From the NCBI GenBank assembly GCA_903891415.1, contig CAITEH010000052.1, positions 3,727 to 67,726 of the forward strand: DNA of 64,000 nt. The letters are read 5' to 3'. Made by a program: the position numbers and the translations under genes. How positions within the stretch are numbered: the stretch's first letter is position 1; every line of letters starts with the position of its first letter. The stretch is from Candidatus Firestoneibacteriota bacterium. GTDB taxonomy: Bacteria; Oederibacteriota; D2-FULL-39-29. The notes under the pieces were generated by a model. It worked only from the letters and a program-made list of their open reading frames with translations. It was not told where the DNA came from and made no database searches. This document shows, piece by piece, positions 37,193 through 46,905 of this stretch.

Positions 37193-38419
37193 ATGATAGA
37201 ATTCGCAAACGATGCAGGTTTCGCGGCCAACATCAAGGTGGTCGGAGTCGGGGGTGCGGGTAATAACGCTTTGAACCGGATGATAGCGGCGGCGATCTCC
37301 GGAGTTGAGTTCATCGCGCTTAATACCGACGCTCAGCAGCTGAAACGGAATAATGCTTCGGTAAAGATCCAGGTCGGCACCAAACTGACCAAGGGCCTGG
37401 GCGCGGGTGCAAATCCCGAGGTAGGCAGAAAAGCCGCAGAAGAAGACAGGGAAAAGATCCGGGAAGCCCTGGCCGGGGCGGATATGGTTTTCATTACCTG
37501 CGGGATGGGCGGCGGTACGGGGACAGGCGGCGCGCCGGTGGTAGCGAAGATAGCCAAGGAGAACGGAGCGCTGACGGTCGGGATAGTTACCAAACCCTTC
37601 CGGTTTGAAGGCTACAGGAGAAAGATACATTCTGATGCCGGTATTAAAGAACTGTCGGAAACTGTTGACACGCTGCTTACCATTCCGAATGAAAAACTGC
37701 TTTCTATCGTAGAAAGGACTACTCCCATGGTCGAGGCCTTCAATATGGCCGATGATGTGCTCCGGCAGGCGATACAGGGCATTTCGGATGTTATAACTAT
37801 TCCGGGCCTGGTTAATGTGGATTTTGCTGATGTAAGGACCATCATGGCGGAGATGGGCGGCGCGTTAATGGGCACGGGTATAGCTTCCGGTGAAAATAAA
37901 GCCACGAAGGCCGCCGAAATGGCGGTTACCAGCCCCCTGCTTGAGAATGTAAATATAGAAGGTGCCAGAGGCGTGCTGATAAATATTACCGGCGGTCCGG
38001 ATCTCAGCTTGTTTGAAGTTAACGAAGCAACTTCCGTTATTTACGAGAAAGCGGATAAGGAAGCCAATATAATTTTTGGCGCGGTAATAGATGAGAACAT
38101 GAAGAATGAGATAAGGATCACCGTTATTGCCACGGGTTTTACCCCTAAAGCGTCCGAGCCGGTGCAAAAAGTGGAAGAGAAGAACGAAGCTCCCTTAGCT
38201 TCCGAAACAGAGCCTGAGCCTGTGGTAAACGAAATGACTGTTCCGGAGAACATTCCGGAAGCTGTTCCGGTGGCGGTTGAAGCACTGCAGAAAAAACTTT
38301 CCCTGGCTGATATAAAAGTGGAAATAGGAAGCTTGTCCAACCTGGAGGCCAAGGTCAAAGGTTATATGGAAAGTGAAGATTGGGATGTTCCTACTTTTTT
38401 AAGGAAGAAAACTGAATAA
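37193..38419 (+). CDS. ftsZ: Cell division GTPase FtsZ
   Basis: [16 protein letters not shown]-terminal D.PTFLRK core peptide. Confidence 0.98.
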   Translation: MIEFANDAGFAANIKVVGVGGAGNNALNRMIAAAISGVEFIALNTDAQQLKRNNASVKIQVGTKLTKGLGAGANPEVGRKAAEEDREKIREALAGADMVFITCGMGGGTGTGGAPVVAKIAKENGALTVGIVTKPFRFEGYRRKIHSDAGIKELSETVDTLLTIPNEKLLSIVERTTPMVEAFNMADDVLRQAIQGISDVITIPGLVNVDFADVRTIMAEMGGALMGTGIASGENKATKAAEMAVTSPLLENVNIEGARGVLINITGGPDLSLFEVNEATSVIYEKADKEANIIFGAVIDENMKNEIRITVIATGFTPKASEPVQKVEEKNEAPLASETEPEPVVNEMTVPENIPEAVPVAVEALQKKLSLADIKVEIGSLSNLEAKVKGYMESEDWDVPTFLRKKTE

Positions 38420-38428
38420 GCAGGATTT

Positions 38429-38468
38429 AAAGGCCCCTTCCCGCTAAAGCAGGAAGGGGCCTTTCTTC
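38429..38468 (+). terminator. Intrinsic terminator after ftsZ
   Basis: AAAGGCCCCTTCC-10 nt-GGAAGGGGCCTTT followed by CTT. Confidence 0.75.
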
Positions 38469-38523
38469 AATGCTAGCTGCCGGGACGGACAAGGTTTCCG
38501 CCAGGCAGGAAAAAGGAGTTTTT

Positions 38524-39300
38524 TTGCATAAAACTGTTATATTTTTGTTGATACTCGCCGTAACGGGCTTTTCAGGAGAGGCCTGGTCGATCATTCTTGG
38601 CTATCACCGCATTATAGAAAATCCCGTAAAAGCTCCTGATATAACGGTCAGGGCTTTTGAAGAGCAGATGCAGTTCATAAAAAATAATTATAACATCATA
38701 ACTCTGGAGCACCTGGTAAAATGTATCGTTGAGAAAATACCTTTGGACGCGAACTCGGTGGTGGTAACTCTGGATGACGGGGATAGGAGTTCCTATCAAA
38801 AAGCTTATCCGGTATTGAAAAAACTTAATATTCCAGCCACGCTTTTTCTTTATACTGATTTTTTGGGTAAAGGAGGTTTGACCTGGGAGGAAGCGGTAGA
38901 AATGTCAAAAAACGGTATTACCCTGGGTTCACATACCGTGGCTCATGTCAATCTGACGGAAAAAAAGCCCGGGGAAACTCAGGAAAAATATCTGGAACGC
39001 ATCAGGTTTGAACTTGTGGAATCAAAAAAAAGAATAGAGAATAAGATCGGACAACCGGTGTTATATCTTAACTATCCCTATGGCAGGCATGACGGGACCG
39101 TGGAAAAAGAAGCGGCAGCCGCCGGCTATGCGGCCGCAGTCGGAACATCCTGGGATAGAAATTATGTTTCCAGCGCGGGGCTTTTTAATCTGAAAAGGCG
39201 GCTGATCCCGGGAAAATATAAATTTACGGATTTTGTTGATATATTCAAGAACAGAAGCATTGATAAGTCACTGGAGATAGAAGATGAAGAGTATAGGTAA
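38524..39300 (+). CDS. Exported NodB/CE4 polysaccharide deacetylase
   Basis: YH, TLDDG, SHTVAH, YPYG. TTG 38524 after AAGGAG gives a signal-like N-terminus. Confidence 0.88.
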   Translation: MHKTVIFLLILAVTGFSGEAWSIILGYHRIIENPVKAPDITVRAFEEQMQFIKNNYNIITLEHLVKCIVEKIPLDANSVVVTLDDGDRSSYQKAYPVLKKLNIPATLFLYTDFLGKGGLTWEEAVEMSKNGITLGSHTVAHVNLTEKKPGETQEKYLERIRFELVESKKRIENKIGQPVLYLNYPYGRHDGTVEKEAAAAGYAAAVGTSWDRNYVSSAGLFNLKRRLIPGKYKFTDFVDIFKNRSIDKSLEIEDEEYR

Positions 39301-40303
39301 AGTGTTCGTGACGATTTTGCTGGTACTGCTGGCGGCCGGTGCGCTGTCATATTTCTTATTTTTCCGCGGGGAAAATAAGGAGGCCGGCGCGGCCGCTCCG
39401 CAAAAAATACTTAAACCCGCAGTTTTACCTCCGCAGGCGCCGGTTCCCGGGGAAAGTAGCCCCGTAAAGAAACCGGTACATAAGATCCGCGCAAAAGAAA
39501 ACCCGGCGGCGGCCGGCAGGGAAACCCTTACCGGTACCGGCCCCTGGGTAAAAATACTTAACTATCATGAGATTTTTCCTGAAGCGTATTTAAAAAGCGA
39601 GGATCCGAAAATTAACCGTTTTACCCGGCCTTCTGACCGCCTGCTTATTGTAACCGCGGAAAATTTCGAAGAACAAATGAAATTTCTTGCCGGGAACTAT
39701 AAGGTGGTGCGCTTTTCGGATTTCGCGGAACGAATCGAAAAAAAACAGGCGTATGAAGATAATGCCGTTATAATCACGTTTGACGGGGCGGATGAAACGA
39801 TCTATAAATTTGCCTATCCGGTGCTAAAAAAATACAACCTGCCGGCCACGCTTTTCTTGCATATAAATTCATTGAGGCTTGATAGAACGGCCATGAAGTG
39901 GGACACCATAAAATTATTGCACGAGGAAGGCCTTATGGAAATAGAGTCTCACTCCATTTCTCACCCGCACCTGAATAGAAAACTTAACGGCGAGACGGAA
40001 GAGGCCTATGAAGCCCGGATCAGAAAAGAACTGGTGGATTCAAAAAAAATAATAGAAGATAAACTTAATAAACAGATCCTGTATTTTGCCTACCCGTACG
40101 GCGGCTATAATGCTACTGTTATCAGGCTGCTGAAAGAAAGCGGCTATAAGGCCTCCGTAACGGTTCAATGGGATAAAAACACGGTCTTCTCTAATCCCTT
40201 CGCGTTAAAGCGCCGTGGTGTCTTTAATAATTATACCCTTACGAAGTTCAAGGAGATGTTCACCGCCAATATTAAAGATGACCCCAGAGAATATGCGGAT
40301 TAA
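39284..40303 (+). CDS. Membrane-anchored NodB/CE4 polysaccharide deacetylase-like protein
   Basis: TM helix, Pro-rich linker, NYH, TFDGAD (variant motif 1), SHSISH, YPYG. Confidence 0.85.
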   Translation: MKSIGKVFVTILLVLLAAGALSYFLFFRGENKEAGAAAPQKILKPAVLPPQAPVPGESSPVKKPVHKIRAKENPAAAGRETLTGTGPWVKILNYHEIFPEAYLKSEDPKINRFTRPSDRLLIVTAENFEEQMKFLAGNYKVVRFSDFAERIEKKQAYEDNAVIITFDGADETIYKFAYPVLKKYNLPATLFLHINSLRLDRTAMKWDTIKLLHEEGLMEIESHSISHPHLNRKLNGETEEAYEARIRKELVDSKKIIEDKLNKQILYFAYPYGGYNATVIRLLKESGYKASVTVQWDKNTVFSNPFALKRRGVFNNYTLTKFKEMFTANIKDDPREYAD

Positions 40304-41564
40304 AACATATTTACTTATACTGCTCTCCTTCTTCTGCATCGGCGCGCAGGGTTTAAAGGATAAAATTACTTTTTCTGAGGTCAAGGTGGTTGATAATGGT
40401 ACCCCCAGAAAACTAAAAATATACAGTATTTCCCGCGGTTTTGACACCTACTATCATCTCAAAGGTTTTTGCTCGGCGTATGATATTATTTTTTCCTATG
40501 TTCCCGTAAAGAAGCGGATACTTTTAAACCGCGGCACAAGCTCTCTCCGTCTTACGGTCGGCGCGGAACCCAAACTTAAAGACTGCTATATATTTTCCGA
40601 TAAAAAATATTTTCTTTCCGCGGAAGGCCTGAATTATATTTTAGCCGGGCTTATGAAAGGTTCGGTAAAGGCGGATAAGAAGAACAAGACCCTGGTTATT
40701 TCTTATGAAACAGCAAAAAAGCCGGTTGAAACCGTGAAAAATAAAGCAAACGGAACCGGCCAGGCGGCGGGGCCCTCCCGTATTTTCAGGGCTATCCCTG
40801 TTTTTAAGGGAGAAAAATTCAAAGTGGAACGTATCGTAATAGACGCGGGGCACGGCGGGAAAGACCCGGGCGCGGTAAGCAAAGACGGGCTGCAGGAAAA
40901 ACAATTAACGCTGGAAATAGCGCTCGAGACAGCGCGGATGATAAAAGAAAACCTGAAAAAAGAAGTGATACTCACCCGCAGCAAGGATGAATATATCAGT
41001 TTGCAGGAGCGTACGGCGATTGCCAATAAAAATAAAGGGGATATATTTGTTGCCATCCATATAAACGCGACAACGGACCGTGAGGCCAGGGGCACGGAAG
41101 TCTATATTTACAATACGGAACCGACGGACAGAAAATCCGGAGGAATTGCTTTAAGAGAGAATATGGAATATATAAAAGCCGGCGGTATACGGTCCATACT
41201 GGGCGAGCTGGGTTCAAAATCTAACGATTACCTGAGCATACTTCTGGCGGGAAATATACTTGATAATATGGCGGGCTATGCCAATGTCGAGATCCGCAAT
41301 AAAAATTCGATCTTGCGGGCGCCCTTTTATGTTATAGCGAACGCGAATATGCCGGCAGTGCTTCTGGAAGTGGCTTTTATCACCAACCCGGAAGAAGAAA
41401 GAAAGTTAAGGAACAGTGAGTTCAAAAGCAATGTGGCCCGAGCCATAACTCACGGCATAGAAGATTTTATTAACTCGACAAGTGCTCCTGAACAGGAAGT
41501 TGCGCCGGTTGCCGCGGCAAAAGCGCCTGAAGAGGAAAAGAAACAGGATAATAAAGACCAATGA
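40293..41564 (+). CDS. N-acetylmuramoyl-L-alanine amidase (Amidase_3)
   Basis: IDAGHGGKDPG, E, AIHINA, RAPFYV, PAVLLE..FITN. Confidence 0.92.
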   Translation: MRIKTYLLILLSFFCIGAQGLKDKITFSEVKVVDNGTPRKLKIYSISRGFDTYYHLKGFCSAYDIIFSYVPVKKRILLNRGTSSLRLTVGAEPKLKDCYIFSDKKYFLSAEGLNYILAGLMKGSVKADKKNKTLVISYETAKKPVETVKNKANGTGQAAGPSRIFRAIPVFKGEKFKVERIVIDAGHGGKDPGAVSKDGLQEKQLTLEIALETARMIKENLKKEVILTRSKDEYISLQERTAIANKNKGDIFVAIHINATTDREARGTEVYIYNTEPTDRKSGGIALRENMEYIKAGGIRSILGELGSKSNDYLSILLAGNILDNMAGYANVEIRNKNSILRAPFYVIANANMPAVLLEVAFITNPEEERKLRNSEFKSNVARAITHGIEDFINSTSAPEQEVAPVAAAKAPEEEKKQDNKDQ

Positions 41565-42313
41565 AAAAGGCCTTTATCTGGACGGATCGAGCCGGCGGGA
41601 TTCTGTGTTTTACCTCTCTAAAACCCCTGAGTTATAAAGAAAACAAATTTGAGAAAAACTATCCGGAACTGTTGAAATTTCTTAGGACAGTACCGCCGGA
41701 AAATTATTATGCCAGGCAGATACACGGAAAGAGAGTTCTCCTGGCAGGTCGCTCCGGAACAAAAATTCGCCGTCCTGCCGACGGATTCGCTGCCTTTAGT
41801 CCGGGCTGCATGCTTCTGATATTTACGGCTGACTGCCTTCCGGTCTTTATATACGACGGCGCAAAAGGCCATACCGCGATCACGCATTGCGGGTGGAAGG
41901 GTGCCTATAAAGAAATTGTTTCAAATGCCGTCAGGAAATTAAGAAAAAGAGGTTCGGCATCCCGTGATCTCAAGGTTATACTGGGGCCTTGTATCCGTGA
42001 ATGTTGTTATGAGGTAGATGCACCATTTATTAAGCGTTTTGCCGGAAAATACGGAAAAACCGGGCTTTACAGAAAAAAAGGAAAAAATTATTTTTCCCTG
42101 GCTGATATAGTAAAACTTCAATTGAAAAAACTTGGAATTCCTGCTAGAAATATCAAAGATACAAAAGAATGTACCTGCTGCCAACCCGAACGGTACTTTT
42201 CTTATAGAAGAGACGGCAAAGGCACAGGCAGAATGGTGTCAGGGATAATGATAGAGGCACGGAAGGACGGAGGGGCAGAAGTACGGAAGTACGGAAGGAC
42301 AGAGGAACGGTAA
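41561..42313 (+). CDS. pgeF: Peptidoglycan editing factor PgeF (YfiH/laccase-like)
   Basis: QIHG, ADG, TADC.P, H.GWKG, GPCI..CCYEV, CT.C, FSYRR. Confidence 0.9.
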   Translation: MKKAFIWTDRAGGILCFTSLKPLSYKENKFEKNYPELLKFLRTVPPENYYARQIHGKRVLLAGRSGTKIRRPADGFAAFSPGCMLLIFTADCLPVFIYDGAKGHTAITHCGWKGAYKEIVSNAVRKLRKRGSASRDLKVILGPCIRECCYEVDAPFIKRFAGKYGKTGLYRKKGKNYFSLADIVKLQLKKLGIPARNIKDTKECTCCQPERYFSYRRDGKGTGRMVSGIMIEARKDGGAEVRKYGRTEER

Positions 42314-42380
42314 GAGCAATAGGCTTTAGCTGTTTGCTGTAGGCTGTACATCTGTTCATCTGACCATCTGCTCATCTAGC
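42257..42380. repeat. Octamer-array cassette overlapping the pgeF 3' end
   Basis: Seven units GCACGGAA GGACGGAG GGGCAGAA GTACGGAA GTACGGAA GGACAGAG GAACGGTA. Opposite arm CATCTGTT CATCTGAC CATCTGCT CATCTAGC. Confidence 0.7.
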
Positions 42381-42908
42381 TTGGAGGTGAATATGGAATA
42401 TACTGAACTGATCAAGAAGAGAAGGAGTATCAGGAAATATGACCTTGCTAAGCCTGTATCGGAAGAGCTTGTAAATAAGGTACTGGAGGCGGCGCGGCTT
42501 GCTCCTTCGGCCTGCAATATCCAGCCCGTGCATCTTGTGGTCATCAGGGATAAAAAAATAAAAGAAGAACTAAAAGAAGCCTACGGCCGTGAATGGTTCT
42601 ATACAGCCCCGGTAATTATTGCGGGCTGTGTTGATGTTGACGCTTCCTGGAAAAGATCCTATGATAATTTTAATTCTGCTTTTGTGGACCTGGCTATTGC
42701 TTTTGATCACCTGCTGCTTGCCGCGGCAAATGAAGGCCTGGGAACCTGCTGGATCTGCGCTTTTAACCCTGTCGTGGCAGCAAAACTACTCCGGGTACCG
42801 TCGAATATTAAAGTAGTTGCCCTGACCCCGCTGGGTTTCCCGGCAGAAGAACCTGCAGGCAGGCCCAGAAAAGAATTGAAAGAAATAGTGCATAGGGAGA
42901 AGTACTAA
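42381..42908 (+). CDS. Nitroreductase family protein
   Basis: RRSIRKY, APSACN.QP, GLGTCWI, PLGFP. Confidence 0.93.
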   Translation: MEVNMEYTELIKKRRSIRKYDLAKPVSEELVNKVLEAARLAPSACNIQPVHLVVIRDKKIKEELKEAYGREWFYTAPVIIAGCVDVDASWKRSYDNFNSAFVDLAIAFDHLLLAAANEGLGTCWICAFNPVVAAKLLRVPSNIKVVALTPLGFPAEEPAGRPRKELKEIVHREKY

Positions 42909-42910
42909 AG

Positions 42911-43218
42911 AAGGTCTGTAAGGTCCGTAAAGTCTTAAAGTCCATAAGGTCTTACACTAAGGTGGTATTAAAAGGTGTTTTGTAGTTGCTCGATTTATCG
43001 AGCCGCCTAATCTAATTGAGTAATTACTTTGTTTTGTCATCTCCGGTCTGAGCCAGGGATGACAGGGTTATCAGTAGTATAGTGCAATACTTTCAAGGGT
43101 AAATAATATAATCCCAAAGATTTTAGACCTTACAGACCTTATGGACTTTTGGACCTTACGGACCTTAAGACCTTACAGACTTTAAGACCTTATGGACCTT
43201 AAGACCTTACGGACTAAT
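42911..43218. repeat. Inverted nonamer-array cassette with REP and GTCAT hairpin in centre
   Basis: Five left units (GTAAGGTCC type) and about eleven right units (RGACYTTAY, 43125-43218). REP at 42982-43003. TGTCATC..GATGACA hairpin at 43035-43064. Confidence 0.85.
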
Positions 43219-43251
43219 ATTTTAGATAAATCGTTGTAACAAGGAGAAAAT

Positions 43252-43992
43252 ATGCATGTACTGATCACGGGTGCAGGTGGATTTCTTGGAAAAGGGCTGA
43301 TAATTCCATTTGAGGAAAGAAGTGACAAGCTCCGCCTTATGGATGTAGCTTCGTTCTCCAGCCCGCATGAAACGGTTATCGGGGATGTAGCGGACCTTGA
43401 TACGGTCATGAAAGCTGCCGCCGGCGTTGAAGCCATTGTCATCGCGCACATGGCGCCGCGCACTAATAATGCTTATGATTTTCCTACCAAACCGTTCGAT
43501 ATAAATGTTAAAGGAACTGCGAATCTGTTTCACGCTGCCGTAAAAAATAACATAAAAGCGGTCGTGCTTATCTCGAGCACAAGTGTCATGGAGTACTGTA
43601 AAGGGGATATTCATCCGCACGATGCGCCTCCTCAATCAAAAGGTTATTACGGGCTCACTAAAGTTTGCCAGGAGCTCATCGCCGAATCTTTTGCTCTCGA
43701 ACATGGCATCCGCGTTGCCTGCCTGCGGGTAGGTTATATTGTTGACGGAGACAAGAATGTTGACAAATACGGCCGGAAGATCGAAGAACGTGCCGCGCTT
43801 GACACCGATAGAAGGGATATTGGTGAAGTAGCCAGGCTATTCCTTGAACGGAAGGACCTTGCCTTTGAACGTTTCACTGTAATGAGCGCTCCGGAGGCCA
43901 TGATATCCTGGGACCTGCGTTATACCTGCGAGCGTCTTAACTGGAAACCTAAATATGATTTTAGCTGGCTCCGTTTACCCCCTCAAAAATAG
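43252..43992 (+). CDS. NAD-dependent epimerase/dehydratase (extended SDR)
   Basis: ITGAGGFLG, DV, SS, YGLTK (YxxxK). Confidence 0.88.
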   Translation: MHVLITGAGGFLGKGLIIPFEERSDKLRLMDVASFSSPHETVIGDVADLDTVMKAAAGVEAIVIAHMAPRTNNAYDFPTKPFDINVKGTANLFHAAVKNNIKAVVLISSTSVMEYCKGDIHPHDAPPQSKGYYGLTKVCQELIAESFALEHGIRVACLRVGYIVDGDKNVDKYGRKIEERAALDTDRRDIGEVARLFLERKDLAFERFTVMSAPEAMISWDLRYTCERLNWKPKYDFSWLRLPPQK

Positions 43993-44165
43993 GAAAAGCT
44001 GAAAAAAGGCCGCCGCAGGCAGCCCCTGCCCTTCTGCGCAGTTGCATAGGATAAGTGACAGTCACTCTTATGCAGGGTTTCAGTATAATCTGATTGATTT
44101 CTCAGCTTCTATATTATACAATATTAATCTATTGTGTTTTTGTGTTAATACTGAACGGAGGCCGG

Positions 44166-44984
44166 ATGAAAAAGGCAGATTTAGTAAGCGCTTTACATAA
44201 TAACGGGATAATTAGAGGCACAAAACTCTTACTGCACAGTTCTTACAAATCCATAAATTTTGAAGGCGCGCCGGAAGAGGTTTGCCAGTCCTTTATGGAG
44301 GCCGTCGGTGATGAAGGCCTTCTGGTAATGCCGTCACATAGCCTTAATTTCAAAAATTACCCGGCAACAAAAGGGCCTTATAATCCCGGCAGGTCGCCTT
44401 CCACCACAGGAGCGATAACCGAAGCTTTCAGGAAAATGCCCAGAGTTGCCAGGTCCTTGCACCCTTCGCACAGTGTTGCTGCCTGGGGGAGGGGCGCCAG
44501 GGAATTTGTTAAAGGCCATGAAAAGCTGGAGCCGGAAGGCGCGGGTACACCGCTTGAAAAATTCAGCCGGACGGACGGTTTGATACTGATGATGGGATGC
44601 GGCATAGGGTCCGCGACCATACTGCATGTTGCCGAGTTTATGGCGGAAGTCCCTTACCTGAAAGTACATTATAATCCGGCCTGGGGGTATGAAGCAGAAT
44701 ATATAGATGAAGAGGACGGAAAAGTTAAAACTTATAAATATAACACCGTTCCCGGGTGTTCCGCGGGTTTTCAAAATGCTATTCCCTGGCTTAAGGAAGC
44801 CGGCTTTTACAGGGAACTCTCTTTAAATAAGGAAAGTTCCTGCCTTATGAACGCGGGCGGTTTGATGAAAGTGGCCGTGGAAAAATTAAAACAGGAACCC
44901 TACGCCCTGCTTACCACTGATGAAACGCATATTAGCGGCTGCAATTATTGCAAGCAGGTCCAAAGAATGTCCCGGGCAGTATAG
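44166..44984 (+). CDS. AAC(3)-family N-acetyltransferase
   Basis: LHSS, MPS, TGAITEAFR, RSLHPSHS.AAWG, TILHVAE, GC..GF. ATG 44166 after GGAGG. Confidence 0.88.
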   Translation: MKKADLVSALHNNGIIRGTKLLLHSSYKSINFEGAPEEVCQSFMEAVGDEGLLVMPSHSLNFKNYPATKGPYNPGRSPSTTGAITEAFRKMPRVARSLHPSHSVAAWGRGAREFVKGHEKLEPEGAGTPLEKFSRTDGLILMMGCGIGSATILHVAEFMAEVPYLKVHYNPAWGYEAEYIDEEDGKVKTYKYNTVPGCSAGFQNAIPWLKEAGFYRELSLNKESSCLMNAGGLMKVAVEKLKQEPYALLTTDETHISGCNYCKQVQRMSRAV

Positions 44985-45010
44985 AAATATAATATCACCA
45001 GGAGGAAGTA

Positions 45011-45886
45011 ATGTTTAAACTTGCCGTATTTTCCGATGAAGTATCTCAGGACCCGAAAGAACTGGCGGCTTTCTGCAAAAAATGGAAGATAGAAGCGGTG
45101 GAAATAAGGACCCTCTTAAATAAAGGCCCGCATAATTTTTCCCGGGAAGAGCGCAAGCTGATCAGAAGCGTTTTTAAGGACAACGGAATAAAGGTCTGCT
45201 CCATCGCGAGCCCTTTCTTTAAATGCAACATGGGAGACGCGAAGGAATATAACAGCCATATGGATATACTTAAGAACTGCATTGACCTGGCGGGAGAGAA
45301 CGGCTGTAAGATAATAAGAGGTTTTACTTTCTGGAGAACGGCCATTGCCGAAGAGAATCTTGACCGCGCCCTGGAATACTTTCCGGAACCGGTCAAGCTC
45401 ATAAAAAAAGCGAAAATGCTCCTCGGTATCGAGAATGAACCGGCGACTTTTGTCGGCTGTGCCAGGACCCTGAAGATATTTCTTGATAAGCTGAATTCAC
45501 CGGTGGTCAAAGCTATCTGGGACCCGGGAAATGAGGTCCATGACATTGACGGTATTGCGCCCTTTCCCAACGGCTACCGCCTGGTAAAGGAGCATATCTG
45601 CCACGTGCATCTCAAGGATTCGCTTTATATCGGTTACGAAGGCAAGGCGGAATGCGTCCCGATGGGAGAAGGCGAGGTTAATTACTGGGGCCAGTTCAAG
45701 GCGCTCAAAGAAAACGGCTATAACGGCTATTGCTCTCTTGAAACCCACTGGCGTATAAACAAAGCCGAAATAAAAAAAATGGCTATTGAGAAACCCGGAG
45801 GCGCCGGCTGGTCTTTTGGCGCCAAAGAATCAAGCGACTATTGCATGCGGAATATTACCCGGATGCTTAAATCTCTTAACAAGTAA
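45011..45886 (+). CDS. Sugar phosphate isomerase/epimerase (AP endonuclease 2 TIM barrel)
   Basis: FSDE, IENE, WDPGN, HVHLKD, GEGEV, SLETH. Confidence 0.88.
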   Translation: MFKLAVFSDEVSQDPKELAAFCKKWKIEAVEIRTLLNKGPHNFSREERKLIRSVFKDNGIKVCSIASPFFKCNMGDAKEYNSHMDILKNCIDLAGENGCKIIRGFTFWRTAIAEENLDRALEYFPEPVKLIKKAKMLLGIENEPATFVGCARTLKIFLDKLNSPVVKAIWDPGNEVHDIDGIAPFPNGYRLVKEHICHVHLKDSLYIGYEGKAECVPMGEGEVNYWGQFKALKENGYNGYCSLETHWRINKAEIKKMAIEKPGGAGWSFGAKESSDYCMRNITRMLKSLNK

Positions 45887-45936
45887 AGGTTGACGGTTAT
45901 ATTTTACTGCTTTTCAGGATATTAACAGGGGATCTT

Positions 45937-46893
45937 ATGCCGGAAAAATTAAAAATATTTGTACTGAGCCTTCTATTTGCCGCGGGTACGGCAGCTTCTC
46001 CGTTTCTTTCCGGAGGCGGTTTTCTTGCGCCGCAGGGGAAAAATGATCTGACGGTAAACCTGTCTTACAATCAATACACGGGTTCCACCGACGGTAACGG
46101 CATTTTCAGCAGTTTTGCTCCGGGAGTGTCGCGCCTGGATTATTCAGTCCTTTTTGATCTTAAATACGGCACGGGCAGGGAGAGCGATATGGAGATAATC
46201 CTCCCGTACCACAACCTCCTTTATACGGCGGCCAACGGTTCAACTCTCTCGGCCAACGGCCTCGGGGATCTGGTCGTTATCGGCCGTTCAAAAACCAATG
46301 TTAATAAAGGCCAGCAGGGAGCGCTGGTTCTGGGCCTCGGGGTTAAAGCTCCTACCGGAAAGAGCGTTTTTCAGCTTGATCCGGGAGGGCTGGCTACCGG
46401 GACAGGTACCTGGGATGTCGGCGCTGTTATCAATATGCATGAGCTCAACAGCGGCTTTCTTCTCTATACCGACCTTTCCTGGTGGTATAGGTTTGGTTTT
46501 AATGCCGGAAAATTTAACGGCCTGGATATTTCTTCAATAAAAGCCGGCGAGACCGTGGTAAAATATTCCCCGGGTACACTGCTTAAATATGATGTCGGCG
46601 CGGAATTTGTAATGGCGAAATTTTTATCGCTTATAGGCGAATTGAACGGTGAAGTTTACTATGATAACAAAGCTGAATACCTGAATAGCGGGAGCGACGC
46701 TCTTGCGGACCTTGTCGCGCGGGGTTTGCCGGATTACACGCTTCAAAAAAGTGTAAAGGTAAAAATAATTACGGGGGCTAAAATATATCTTAATGAAAGG
46801 ATCGCGCTTGGAGCAGGAGTGTCAATACCGGTTAACCTGGTAAATGCTTACGGTAATATTACCTGGCTGGCGCATCTCAGATTTATATTTTAA
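45937..46893 (+). CDS. Outer-membrane beta-barrel 'transporter' (MetA/phenol-degradation-like)
   Basis: Signal peptide, GLGD, K.PTG, GTG.WD, alternating beta strands, terminal Phe. Confidence 0.7.
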   Translation: MPEKLKIFVLSLLFAAGTAASPFLSGGGFLAPQGKNDLTVNLSYNQYTGSTDGNGIFSSFAPGVSRLDYSVLFDLKYGTGRESDMEIILPYHNLLYTAANGSTLSANGLGDLVVIGRSKTNVNKGQQGALVLGLGVKAPTGKSVFQLDPGGLATGTGTWDVGAVINMHELNSGFLLYTDLSWWYRFGFNAGKFNGLDISSIKAGETVVKYSPGTLLKYDVGAEFVMAKFLSLIGELNGEVYYDNKAEYLNSGSDALADLVARGLPDYTLQKSVKVKIITGAKIYLNERIALGAGVSIPVNLVNAYGNITWLAHLRFIF

Positions 46894-46905
46894 CGGGAGC
46901 TGTAT

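Noticed and set aside
44166-44984. Acquired aminoglycoside resistance cassette
   Set aside because: No integron, attC or IS features. Only family-level motifs are visible.
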